Shown here: piece by piece, positions 18,901 through 29,500 of the stretch
How the letters are laid out: each line of letters begins with the position of its first letter
How positions within the stretch are numbered: the stretch's first letter is position 1
Source of the DNA: a virus
Reading direction: 5' to 3' (one strand)
Length of the DNA stretch: 64,000 nucleotides
Virus record (IMG/VR): IMGVR_UViG_3300032288_002811
Location: 13,391-77,390 of that record
The notes under the pieces: generated by a model
What the model was told of the DNA's origin: nothing
Database searches by the model: none
Seen by the model: only the letters and a program-made list of their open reading frames with translations
Translations under genes and position numbers: made by a program

Positions 18901-20510
18901 GCATTGGCATACGAACTTGCAGATAATGCATTGAGTACACCTGTGTTTGCTTTGGTATATGCAGAATTGGCATAACCGCCAGATGTTACTGCCTTAGCAT
19001 CAGCTGTTGCAGCATTTGTAGTTGCAGTATTCGCTTGTGTAAAACCTGAGTTAGCATATACACCAGCAGATGTTGCTTTATCATCAGCAGTATTAGCTGC
19101 AATGAATGCTGTGTTAGCGTATATACCAGACACAACTGCTTTAGCATCTGCTGTTGCAGCATCAGTTGTTGCTGTGTTTGCTTGGTCGTATGCAGAATTG
19201 GCGTATGATCCGGAACTGAATGAACTATTAGCTGCACCGAATGCAGAGTTGGCGTATGAACCAGCAGTTACTGCTTTAGCATCTGCTGTAGCAGCATTAG
19301 TAGTTGCTGTATTAGCCTTACTAAAACTAGAATTGGCATATGCAGCACCAGCAGATGCTTTGTTATCAGCCGTATTAGCTGCACTAAATGCAGAGTTGGC
19401 ATATACACCTGATGTTACTGCTTTAGCATCTGCGGTATTAGCTGCATCAAATGCTGAGTTAGCATACGCACCGGAATTTATTGCTTTAGCATCTGCGGTA
19501 TTAGCTGCATCAAATGCTGAGTTAGCATACGCACCGGAATTTATTGCCTTGGTGTCTGCCGTTGCAGCATTAGTTGTTGCTGTGTTTGCTTGGTCGTATG
19601 CAGAATTGGCGTATGAACCTGATGATACTCCAACAGTAGATGCCGAGTTGGCCGCATCAAAAGCACCATTAGCATATACACCAGAACTTGTTGCATAATC
19701 TGTGGCAGTATTTGCTTGGCCATATGCAGAGTTGGCATATGTACCAGAATTTACTGCCTTGGTGTCTGCTGTATTAGCTTTGCTAAAACCTGAATTGGCA
19801 TATGAACCGGCTGATACTGCCTTGGTGTCTGCCGTTGCAGCATTAGTTGTTGCTGTATTCGCCTGAGTGAAACCTGAGTTAGCATATACACCAGCAGATG
19901 TTGCTTTGGTGTCGGCAGTCGCAGCATTTGTAGTTGCGGTATTTGCTTGTCCATATGCTGAATTGGCATATGAACCGGATGTTACTGCTTTGGCATCAGC
20001 CGTAGCAGCATTTGTAGTTGCGGTATTTGCTTGTTCATATGCAGAATTGGCATATGATCCTGATGTTGTTCCACCAGCAGTTGCGGTATTAGCTAAATCA
20101 AATGCACTATTAGCGTATGAACCGGCAGAAGTTGCGTAATTTACTCCAGCATTGGCGGTAGTAAATGAGGAGTTGGCATAATCACCAGCAGAATTGGCTG
20201 TAATAAAAGCACTATTGGCATATAAGGCCGCAGAATTGGCTACACCTCTTGCCACACCATCGGTAGCAGAACCGGTAGACATGGCATTCGCAAACGAAAA
20301 TGCCGCATTGGCATATATGAATGCACCGTTTGCATAGGTGGCTGCACTTGAAGTGTCTCTAGCAGAAGCAACTGGAAAACCACCTGGAGTCGATCCATCA
20401 TGTACAACAAGAATTTTCTTGGTAGTATCAACCGTAACTTCAGCCACAGCACCCGTAAAGGTGCTTGTTGATGTGGTGTTACCTCTTCTTAATTGAAATT
20501 GTGTAGACAT
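15963..20510 (-). CDS. Fibre protein, 1515 aa, with Mtd_N-like N-terminal domain and Ala/Asn heptad repeats
   Basis: MSTQFQLRRGNT...FTGAVAEVTVDTTKKILVVHDGSTPGGFP (major tropism determinant N-terminal-like); knob module; ILPTVTNTYQLG...WRDLYV; C-terminal GDQWWSS...LYEYIYDG...WID. Confidence 0.78.
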   Translation of the reverse strand: MSTQFQLRRGNTTSTSTFTGAVAEVTVDTTKKILVVHDGSTPGGFPVASARDTSSAATYANGAFIYANAAFSFANAMSTGSATDGVARGVANSAALYANSAFITANSAGDYANSSFTTANAGVNYATSAGSYANSAFDLANTATAGGTTSGSYANSAYEQANTATTNAATADAKAVTSGSYANSAYGQANTATTNAATADTKATSAGVYANSGFTQANTATTNAATADTKAVSAGSYANSGFSKANTADTKAVNSGTYANSAYGQANTATDYATSSGVYANGAFDAANSASTVGVSSGSYANSAYDQANTATTNAATADTKAINSGAYANSAFDAANTADAKAINSGAYANSAFDAANTADAKAVTSGVYANSAFSAANTADNKASAGAAYANSSFSKANTATTNAATADAKAVTAGSYANSAFGAANSSFSSGSYANSAYDQANTATTDAATADAKAVVSGIYANTAFIAANTADDKATSAGVYANSGFTQANTATTNAATADAKAVTSGGYANSAYTKANTGVLNALSASSYANAAFDAANTALSASGGTITGNLSVTGDATISGNLTVLGNTTTISTQSITLGDSLIYLANGNYASDAVDIGIIGHYYDTDTSSGAHTGIFRDPNEKEWIFFQGYTPEIQSNNLINLLDASFHLANVQAWRFKGDLEADHITLGQVNVASYIGNAYTQANTAANNAAGASQYANSAFDAANTADTKAVNSGTYANAAFGAANTADSKSTSAASYANSGFTQANTATTNAATADAKAVTSGSYANSAFATANTADTNAVNAGSYANAAFLQANTPSYTANSASDYANGAFATANTADIKAVNAGSYANAAFSIANSSLDRATSAASYANSAFISSNTADAKAVTSGSYANSAYSQANTATTNAATADSKAVTAGVYANSAYGQANTATTNAATADSKAVTAGSYANSSFGVANSASLYANGAFTAANTADAKAVTAGVYANSAYDQANTATINAATADAKAVTAGSYANSSFGVANSASLYANGAFSAANVADAKAVTAGSYANSSFGVANSASLYANAAFLQANTPSYTANSAAVYANGAFATANTKLSKSGDTMTGDLLMTANILPTVTNTYQLGNADYVWRDLYVGPGSINVDGIKLSNTGSGSLSITSPNGDTLDMGLVSKVANSASFYANGAFVQANSGFEVANSASLYANGAFSAANVADAKAVTAGNYANSSFGVANSSSLYANGAFTAANVADAKAVTAGDYANSSFGVANSASLYANGAFTQANSEPKAVTAGDYANSAFSIANTANDKAESAGAYANASFIAANSSGVYANSAYSSANSAGVYANSAFTTANSATSAGVYANGAFTTANSASVYANSAFLSANTPSDVANSAALYANGSFTTANSAFLTANTPSDVANSAALYANGSFTTANSAGVYANSAFAAANNASDAWVRTQANSAFIAANSAGSYANSAFAKANTPSGITYTVSINSPGSAKAGDQWWSSNDDILYEYIYDGLSNVWIDISSSGWKYN
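19419..19547. repeat. Exact 63-bp tandem duplication (3 heptads)
   Basis: 19419-19481 is identical to 19482-19544. Confidence 0.9.
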
Positions 20511-20537
20511 GAATGCTTAATCCGTTATTTTATTATT

Positions 20538-20545
20538 TATTTATG
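20538..20545 (-). promoter_or_regulatory. Late promoter variant (CATAAATA; overlapping AATAAATA at 20534-20541)
   Basis: TAAATA motif overlapping the upstream stop codon, ahead of 20510. Confidence 0.55.
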
Positions 20546-23500
20546 TTAGTTCTCCGCAATCAACATAGAATCCTATGGTAACCGCATCATCTATTAGACC
20601 CATATCTAAGTATGGGAATCCTCCACCTGTGCCGCCACCAGAAGCTGTGTTGGCCGTAAAGAATGCCGCATTTGCCTTTTCGAATGCCGAATTAGCATAA
20701 GAACCAGAGGTTGTAGCATATTCCTGTGCGGTACATGCCGAGGTTATAGCGAAAGCTGCATCACTTGCTGCAGAATTTGCGTTGCCATCAGCAACTCCTG
20801 CAAGAGAGTATGCAGAGTTTGCAACACCGAATGCGGCATTAGCTTGATTTCTTGCCCATGAATCAGTAGATGTACCGCCAGTATTCGCAGCTGCAAAAGC
20901 CGCATTAGCATACGAACCAGCAGAAGTTGCTTTAGAGTCTGCTGTATTTGCTTTTATATATGCTGAGTTGGCATATGAACTTGCCGATACAATTGTATTG
21001 GCTACTAAGAAAGCCGCATTCGCATAACTTGCCGCAGAGTTAGCAACATAACTTGGAGTATTTGCTTGTAAGAAGGCAGCGTTTGCTTGAGTTCTTACCC
21101 ATGGGTCGGTTGCATTGTTAGCTGTTAAGAAGGCAGAATTGGCATAGGATCCTGCTGATGTTGCCTTGACATCCGCTGTATTGGCAACAACATATGCGGA
21201 ATTAGCGTATACACCAGATGAATTAGCAGTATCAAATGCACCGTTAGCATAAATGTCTGCTGAGTTGGCAGTATAACTTGGTGTATTGGCTGCTAAGAAC
21301 GCTGCGTTTGCATATTCACCTGCAGCAATTACGTTATTAGCTTGTGCAAAAGCACTATTTGCATACAACGCAGCTGAGTTAGCAACATTACTTGGAGTAT
21401 TAGCTGCCAAGAAGGCAGCGTTTGCTTGTATGAATGATGCGTTTGCTTTAGTGAAAGCACCATTTGCATATACTGCGGCTGAGTTGGCAGTATAACTTGG
21501 AGTATTAGCCTGTAAGAAGGCAGAGTTAGCATATGAACTTGCAGCAATTACGTTATTAGCTTGTGTGAATGCACCATTTGCATATAGTGATGCAGAATTA
21601 GCAACATTACTTGGTGTATTAGCAGTTAAGAACGCTGCGTTTGCTTTAGTGAAAGCACCATTCGCATATGATTCTGCGGAATCTGAACCAATATAGAATG
21701 AAGTATTTCCATTACTTGCGGACCATTTACCTGCAGTTTCAACCCAAAGTAATTGTGAATTTGGTTGAACGCCACGGTCAATTTCAATACCAGCATCAAC
21801 TAATGGTTCTCCGTTTTGGTCAACTCCTGCATTTAGTGTGATAATGTTATCAGCAATTAATACTACACTTGTATTTGTATATGTTGTTGTTCCTGTGACA
21901 ACTAAATTACCTGTAATAGAAACATCACCTGTAACTGTGCCGCCAGTATTTGCATTCAAAGCATTATTAGCAAGAGCATATGCTGAATTGGCATATGAAC
22001 CAGCAGTTACTGCCTTAGCATCAGCTGTTGCGGCATTGGTTGTTGCTGTGTTTGCTTTACTGAATCCAGAATTTGCATATACACCAGCAGATGTTGCCTT
22101 AGTATCAGCAGTATTGGCTGCCGTAAATGCACCATTTGCATAAGTTGCACCAGAATTTGCAGTATAACTTGGAGTATTAGCCTGTAAGAAGGCAGCGTTT
22201 GCATATACACCAGATGTTACTGCCTTAGCGTCAGCAACATTAGCTGAATCAAATGCAGAGTTAGCATACAACGCAGCTGAGTTGGCAACATCACTTGGAG
22301 TATTAGCTGCCAAGAAAGCAGCGTTTGCATACAACGCAGCTGAGTTAGCAACATTACTTGGAGTATTAGCTGCCAAGAAGGCAGCATTTGCTTGTACAAA
22401 AGCACCATTTGCATAACTTGCAGATGAATTAGCTCTGTAACTTGGTGTATTGGCTGCCAAGAAAGCAGAGTTTGCATATACACCAGCAGAATTTGCAGAT
22501 GAGAATGATGCATTAGCATATACACCAGAAGAATTGGCAGTTATAAATGCTGAGTTTGCATAATCACCAACAGTTACTGCTGTATTATAAGCTATATTAG
22601 ATGCACCAAATGCTGAGTTAGCATACGTACCAGCAGTTACTGCTTTACTGTCAGCTGTATTGGCTGAACTAAATGCTGAGTTGGCATATACACCAGCAGA
22701 TGTTGCCTTAGTATCAGCAGTATTAGCATTTGTGAATGCTGAGTTGGCATATGAACTAGCTGCATTAGCAGTTGTAAATCCTGAGTTGGCATAACTGCCA
22801 GATGTTACTGCCTTAGCATCTGCCGTATTAGCACCAGCAAATGCGGTGTTAGCATACTCACCAGAAGAATTGGCAGCAGTAAATGAACCGTTAGCATATA
22901 CACCAGCAGATGTTGCCTTAGTATCAGAAGTATTGGCTGCACCAAAGGCTGCATTAGCATACGTGCCAGAAGTTACTGCCTTAGCATCTGCTGTGTTAGC
23001 TGCGGTGAATGCTCCGTTAGCATATGAACCTGCACTAGTTGCTTTAGTATCTGCTGTATTAGCTGATGTGTATGCGGAATTAGCATATACACCAGAAGAA
23101 TTTGCCGAATCAAATGCACCGTTGGCGTATGAACCTGATGTTACTGCTTTGTTATCAGCGGTGTTAGCTGCGGTGAATGCTCCGTTAGCATATACACCTG
23201 CTGAAGTTGCACCACTTGCTGAGTTAGCAGCAGCATAAGCTGCATTAGCATATGCACCAGCTGTTACTGCCTTGGCATCAGCTGTTGCAGCATCAGTTGT
23301 TGCTGTATTTGCTTTATCAAATGCTGAGTTAGCATATGAACCAGCAGTTACTGCCTTTGTTTCACTATTTGCTGCAGCGAAAGCACCATTAGCATACAAC
23401 GCAGCTGAGTTAGCAACATTACTTGGTGTATTGGCTTGTAAGAACGCAGCGTTTGCTTGGATAAATGCACCATTAGCATATAGTGCTGCTGAAGTTACCG

Positions 23501-26500
23501 CATTAGGAACAAAGGCCGTATTTTGTGTAGTACCATCTGCAAACTGGATTAAATTAGGGAAAGTTGTTTTACCAGTAGTATCAAATAGAGTTATATAACC
23601 ATTTGTTGTTATTGTAGTATTTGCTAATGTACCAACAACATTGTCTGTGATAACATTACCAGTAACAGTAAGGCTACCTGTAATTGTACCACCAGTATTT
23701 GCATTAATGGAATTGTTGGCACGAACATATGCCGAGTTGGCATACACACCAGAAGAATTGGCTGCCGTAAAGGCACCGTTAGCATATACTGCTGCTGAAT
23801 TGGCAATGTAACTAGGAGTATTAGCCTGTAAGAAGGCTGCATTTGCATATGTACCAGCAGTTACTGCCTTCGTTTCACTATTTGCCACAGCAAACGCAGC
23901 GTTAGCATATGAACCTGCACTAGTTGCTTTAGTATCTGCTGTATTAGCTGATGTGTATGCTGAGTTGGCATAGACACCAGATGAGTTAGCTGCAACAAAT
24001 GCAGAGTTTGCTTGAGTTCTAACCCATGGGTCAGTTGCGTTATTGGCTGCTAAGAATGCTGCATTAGCATATACACCTGATGCATTAGCTGAAGTGTATG
24101 CTGAGTTGGCATAGACACTAGCACTTGTTGCCTTATCGTCTGCCGTGTTAGCACCAGCAAACGCAGAGTTGGCATACACACCAGAAGAATTGGCCGCATC
24201 AAATGCACCGTTGGCATACAGAGCAGCAGATGATGCACCAGCTGCCGAATTTGCAGCTGCATAAGCTGCATTAGCATATGCACCAGCTGTTACTGCCTTG
24301 GCATCAGCTGTGTTAGCTGTCGTAAACGAAGCATTAGCATAAATTGCAGCTGAGTTGGCAACATCACTTGGAGTATTTGCGCTTAAGAAGGCAGAGTTGG
24401 CATAAGATCCTGCTGATGTTGCCTTAGTGTCCGCTGTGTTAGCACCAGCAAATGCAGAGTTGGCATATGAACCTGAAGTTACTGCCTTAGCATCTGCGGT
24501 ATTAGATGCAGTGTATGCTGAGTTGGCATATACACCAGAAGAATTTGCGGCCGTAAATGCACCGTTAGCATACACACTAACCGATGCAACGGTATTAGCA
24601 ACAACAAACGATGCATTAGCATATGAACCTGCTGATGTTGCTTTGGCATCTGCTGTGTTTGCAGCTGCATAAGAATTGTTTACATACGGAAGTAAATCAA
24701 TTCCTTTAACTAAAATTGTTGTTGAATGTAAATTAGCATTAAGTGTTGCAATCTTAAATGATGCATCATTAATATCAATATTATTATTGGCAGTAATTTC
24801 TGGTGTGTAACCCTCAAACAATTGCCATTCTTTGGTACCAGCATCACGAATTAAACCAGCATGAGCATTTGTGCCATCATTATAATGTGATGCAAAACCA
24901 ATATCTAATATATCAGCCGTATAGTTGCCTGTACCAAGAATAATCAATGAATCGTTTGCAACAATAACTTGTGTGCTAATTGTTGTTGTATTACCAAGAA
25001 TATTTAAATTACCTGTTACACTTAGGTCACCTGTAATTGAACCACCAGATTTTGGTAACGCATTGTTTGCAGTTGTAAATGCTGAGTTAGCATATGAACT
25101 TGCAGAATTTGCAGTATAACTAGGAGTGTTTGCCTGTAAGAACGCACCGTTAGCATATGCACCAGCAGTTACTGCCTTAGCATCAGCTGTTGCAGCATTT
25201 GTAGTTGCTGTGTTTGCTTGGTCGTATGCTGAGTTGGCATACACACCAGAAGAATTAGCCGCAACAAATGCTGAATTGGCTTGTGTTCTAACCCATGGGT
25301 CAGTTGCATTATTGGCAGCAGCGAATGCTGAGTTGGCATACACACCAGAAGAATTGGCTGCAACGAATGCCGAGTTGGCTTGTGTTCTAACCCATGGATC
25401 AGTTGCATTATTGGCTGCAGCGAAAGCACCATTAGCATAAATTGCAGATGAGTTGGCAACATCACTTGGAGTATTTGCCTGTAAGAAGGCCGCATTTGCA
25501 TATGTACCAACAGTTATTGTAGTATTGTATGCAATATTTGATGCACCAAATGCTGAATTGGCATAAGAACCAGCAGTTACTGCCTTATCATCTGCTGTGT
25601 TAGCACCAGCAAATGCCGAGTTGGCATATACACCAGAAGAATTGGCTGCTGTAAATGCGGAGTTTGCCTGAGTTCTTACCCAAGGGTCTGTAGCGTTATT
25701 GGCTGCCAAGAAGGCAGAGTTGGCATAAGATCCTGCTGATGTTGCCTTAGTGTCAGCAGTATTGGCAGCAGTAAAGGCACCGTTAGCATATACAGAACCA
25801 GAATTTGCTGTGTAACTTGGAGTGTTTGCCTGTAAGAAGGCCGCATTTGCTTGTATGAATGCACCGTTAGCGTATGTTGATGCAGAGTTAGCAACATCAC
25901 TTGGAGTATTTGCTTGTACAAACGCAGCATTAGCATATAACGCAGCCGAATTGGCAACATCACTTGGAGTATTTGCGCTTAAGAAGGCAGAGTTGGCATA
26001 CGAACTTACTGATGCAATAGTATTAGCTACAACAAATGATGCATTGGCTTGTATAAAAGAAGCATTGGCATAAGTTGATGCTGATGACGCAATATCACTT
26101 GCTATATTTGCGGTTGTGAATGATGAATTGGCATATGATCCAGCAGACAACGCATTGGTTGCGGATGTATTGGCTTGATTGAAACCAGAATTAGCATAGA
26201 CACCAGAAGAATTGGCTGCAACGAAAGCACCGTTAGCATATAATGCAGCTGAGTTGGCAACATTGCTTGGTGTATTGGCTTGCAAGAAGGCCGCATTAGC
26301 ATATGAACCAGCTGTTACTGCCTTAGCATCTGCCGTGTTAGCACCAGCGAATGCAGAGTTGGCATATAAACCAGTTGTTGTCGTTTTCGCATCTGTTGCA
26401 TTTGCCGAAGCATATGCTGAGTTGGCATACAAAGAAGCACCAGATGCATTATTAGTTGCTGTGTTTGCTTGGTCATAAGCAGCATTAGCATATACACCGG

Positions 26501-29500
26501 ATGTTACTGCTTTAGCATCTGCCGTGTTAGCACCAGCGAATGAAGAGTTGGCATAGACACCAGCAGAATTGGCTACAACGAATGCCGAGTTGGCATATGT
26601 ACCAGATGTTACTGCCTTATCATCTGCTGTGTTAGCACCAGCAAATGCAGAGTTGGCATACACACCAGAAGAATTGGCAGAATCAAATGCTGAGTTGGCA
26701 TAAACAGATGCCGAGTTGGCAGTATAACTTGGTGTGTTTGCTTGTAAGAATGCACCGTTAGCATACACAGATGCAGAGTTAGCAACAATGAATGATGCAT
26801 TAGCATATACACCTGATGTTACTGCCTTAGTATCTGCGGTGTTAGCTGCACCAAATGCAGAGTTGGCATACACACCAGAAGAATTGGCAGAATCAAATGC
26901 TGAGTTGGCATATGAACCTGAAGTTACTGCCTTAGTATCTGCGGTGTTAGCTGCACCAAATGCAGAGTTGGCATACACACCAGAAGAATTGGCAGAATCA
27001 AATGCACCGTTGGCGTATGTGCCAGAATTTACTGCCTTAGTATCTGCTGTGTTAGCTGCGGTGAATGCTCCGTTAGCGTAACTAGATGCTGAATTGGCCA
27101 CATCACTTGGAGTATTTGCCTGTAAGAATGCAGCGTTAGCATATGTGCCAACAGTTACTGCTGTATTGTAAGCTATATTAGATGCATCAAATGCTGAGTT
27201 AGCATAAGAACCAGTTACATTCGCTTTACCATATGCAGAGTTGGCATATACACTAGAAGAATTGGCTGTTGTGAATGCACTGTTGGCATAATTGGAACTA
27301 CCACTTGCATTGTTTGTTGCTGTATTTGCTTGTGTATATGCTGAAGTGGTGTATGCATATAAATCTACACCATTACTTGTAATAGAATAACCAGATACGT
27401 TTGCAATCAATGTTGCTACGTTTGCAGCGTCTGCTGAACCTGCAGCTAATACATTACCGGAAGGGTCTTGTGATAGACCTTGGAACAATAGGAAATTATT
27501 TGAAGCTGCTTGTCTAACTAAACCATGATATGTTGGACCAGCAGAACCTGTTGTCTTTGAAACTCCGTAGAAACCAATATCAAAAGAATCACTTACGGTA
27601 TTATTTCCAGCAAGTTTGATTAATGAATCTGATGTTATAATTGTTTCAGCATTAACAGTAGTTGTTGTACCATTAATAACTAAACTACCAGTAATAGTTA
27701 CATCACCAACTACAGTACCACCAGATTTTGGTAACGCATTGTTTGCGGTTGTAAATGCAGAGTTAGCATATGAACCAGCAGTTACTGCTTTAGCATCCGC
27801 TGTATTGGCAGCAGTAAAGGCACCGTTGGCATATATTGCGGCTGAAGCTGCACCAGCTGCCGAGTTTGCAGCAGCAAACGCCGCATTAGCATATTCACCA
27901 GAAGAATTGGCTGCAACAAATGCACCGTTGGCATATAATGCTGCCGAGTTGGCAACATTACTTGGTGTATTGGCTTGCAAGAAAGCCGCATTGGCATATA
28001 CAGATGCTGAATTGGCACTAATAAATCCTGAGTTGGCGTATGAACTTGCTGATGCAACAGTATTTGCTACAATGAAAGCACCGTTAGCATAGACTGCGGC
28101 TGAATTTGCTACATAACTTGGTGTGTTGGCTTGTAAGAAAGCACCATTCGCATATGATGATGCAGAATTAGCAATACCAAATGAACTATTAGCATACGAC
28201 CCAGCAGTTACTGCTTTAGCATCTGCTATGTTAGAAGAAGTGAAAGCACCGTTAGCATATACAGATGCTGAATTAGCAACATTAAATCCAGAGTTAGCAT
28301 ATGAACCTGATGTAACTGCTTTAACATCTGCCGTATTGGCTGCACCGAATGCAGAGTTGGCATATGCACTAGAAGAATTGGCTGCATCAAATCCAGAATT
28401 AGCATACGCACCAGAATTTATTGCCTTAGTGTCAGCAGTATTGGCAGCAGTAAAGGCACCGTTAGCATACACAGCTGCCGAGTTTGCTACATAACTTGGT
28501 GTGTTTGCTTGTAAGAAGGCACCGTTAGCATATGCTGATGCCGAGTTTGCTACATAATCTGGTGTATTGGCTTTTAAGAAAGCTGCGTTTGCTTGTATGA
28601 AAGCACCATTTGCATATGTTGCAGCTGAAGTTGCTACACCAGGAACAAAAGCTGTATTTTGTGTGGTGCCATCGGCAAATTGTATCAGGTTAGGGAAAGT
28701 TGTTTTACCTGTTACATCAAATAGAGTTATATAACCATTTGTAACGAGTGTTGTATTAGCAACTGTACCTGCAATATTTCCTGTGATAACATTACCTGCA
28801 ACATACAAAGTACTATTTGATGTAATGTATGAGAAATCAGCAACACTAGTTAAATAACCAGTTGAGTTTGCATATAGTACAGAACCTGGTACATAACCGG
28901 ATGGTGTTGCAGCTGCGTTTGCTTTATCGAATGCAGAGTTGGCGTAAATGAATGCTGAATTAGCATACGCTGCAGCTGAATTAGCCGCACCAAAAGAACC
29001 ATTAGCATACGATGCAGCAGAGTTGGCAGTATAACTTGGTGTGTTTGCTTGCAAGAAGGCAGCGTTTGCTTGTATGGATGCACCGTTAGCATATACTGAG
29101 GCTGAGTTTGCTCTGTAACTTGGAGTGTTTGCCTGTAAGAACGCAGCGTTTGCTTTATCATATGCACTATTAGCATAGACTGACGCTGAGTTGGCAGTGT
29201 AACTAGGAGTGTTCGCTTGCAAGAAGGCAGCGTTAGCATATGTGCCAGAATTTACTGCCTTAGTATCTGCGGTGTTGGCTGCATCAAATGCACCATTAGC
29301 ATATACAGAAGCAGAATTTGCCGTATAGCTAGGTGTATTTGCCTGTAAGAAGGCAGCGTTAGCGTATGATGCTGTTACATTGGCTGCACCAAATCCAGAA
29401 TTAGCATATGCTGCGGCTGATGCAGCTGCATCTCTTGCTATACCATCTGTTGCAGAACCTGTTGATAATGTATTTGCAAAAGAAAACGCAGCGTTAGCGT

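Noticed and set aside
15963-20510. Diversity-generating retroelement suggested by the Mtd_N-like domain
   Set aside because: No reverse transcriptase, no C-type-lectin variable region and no adenine-specific TR/VR pair were seen in this window.
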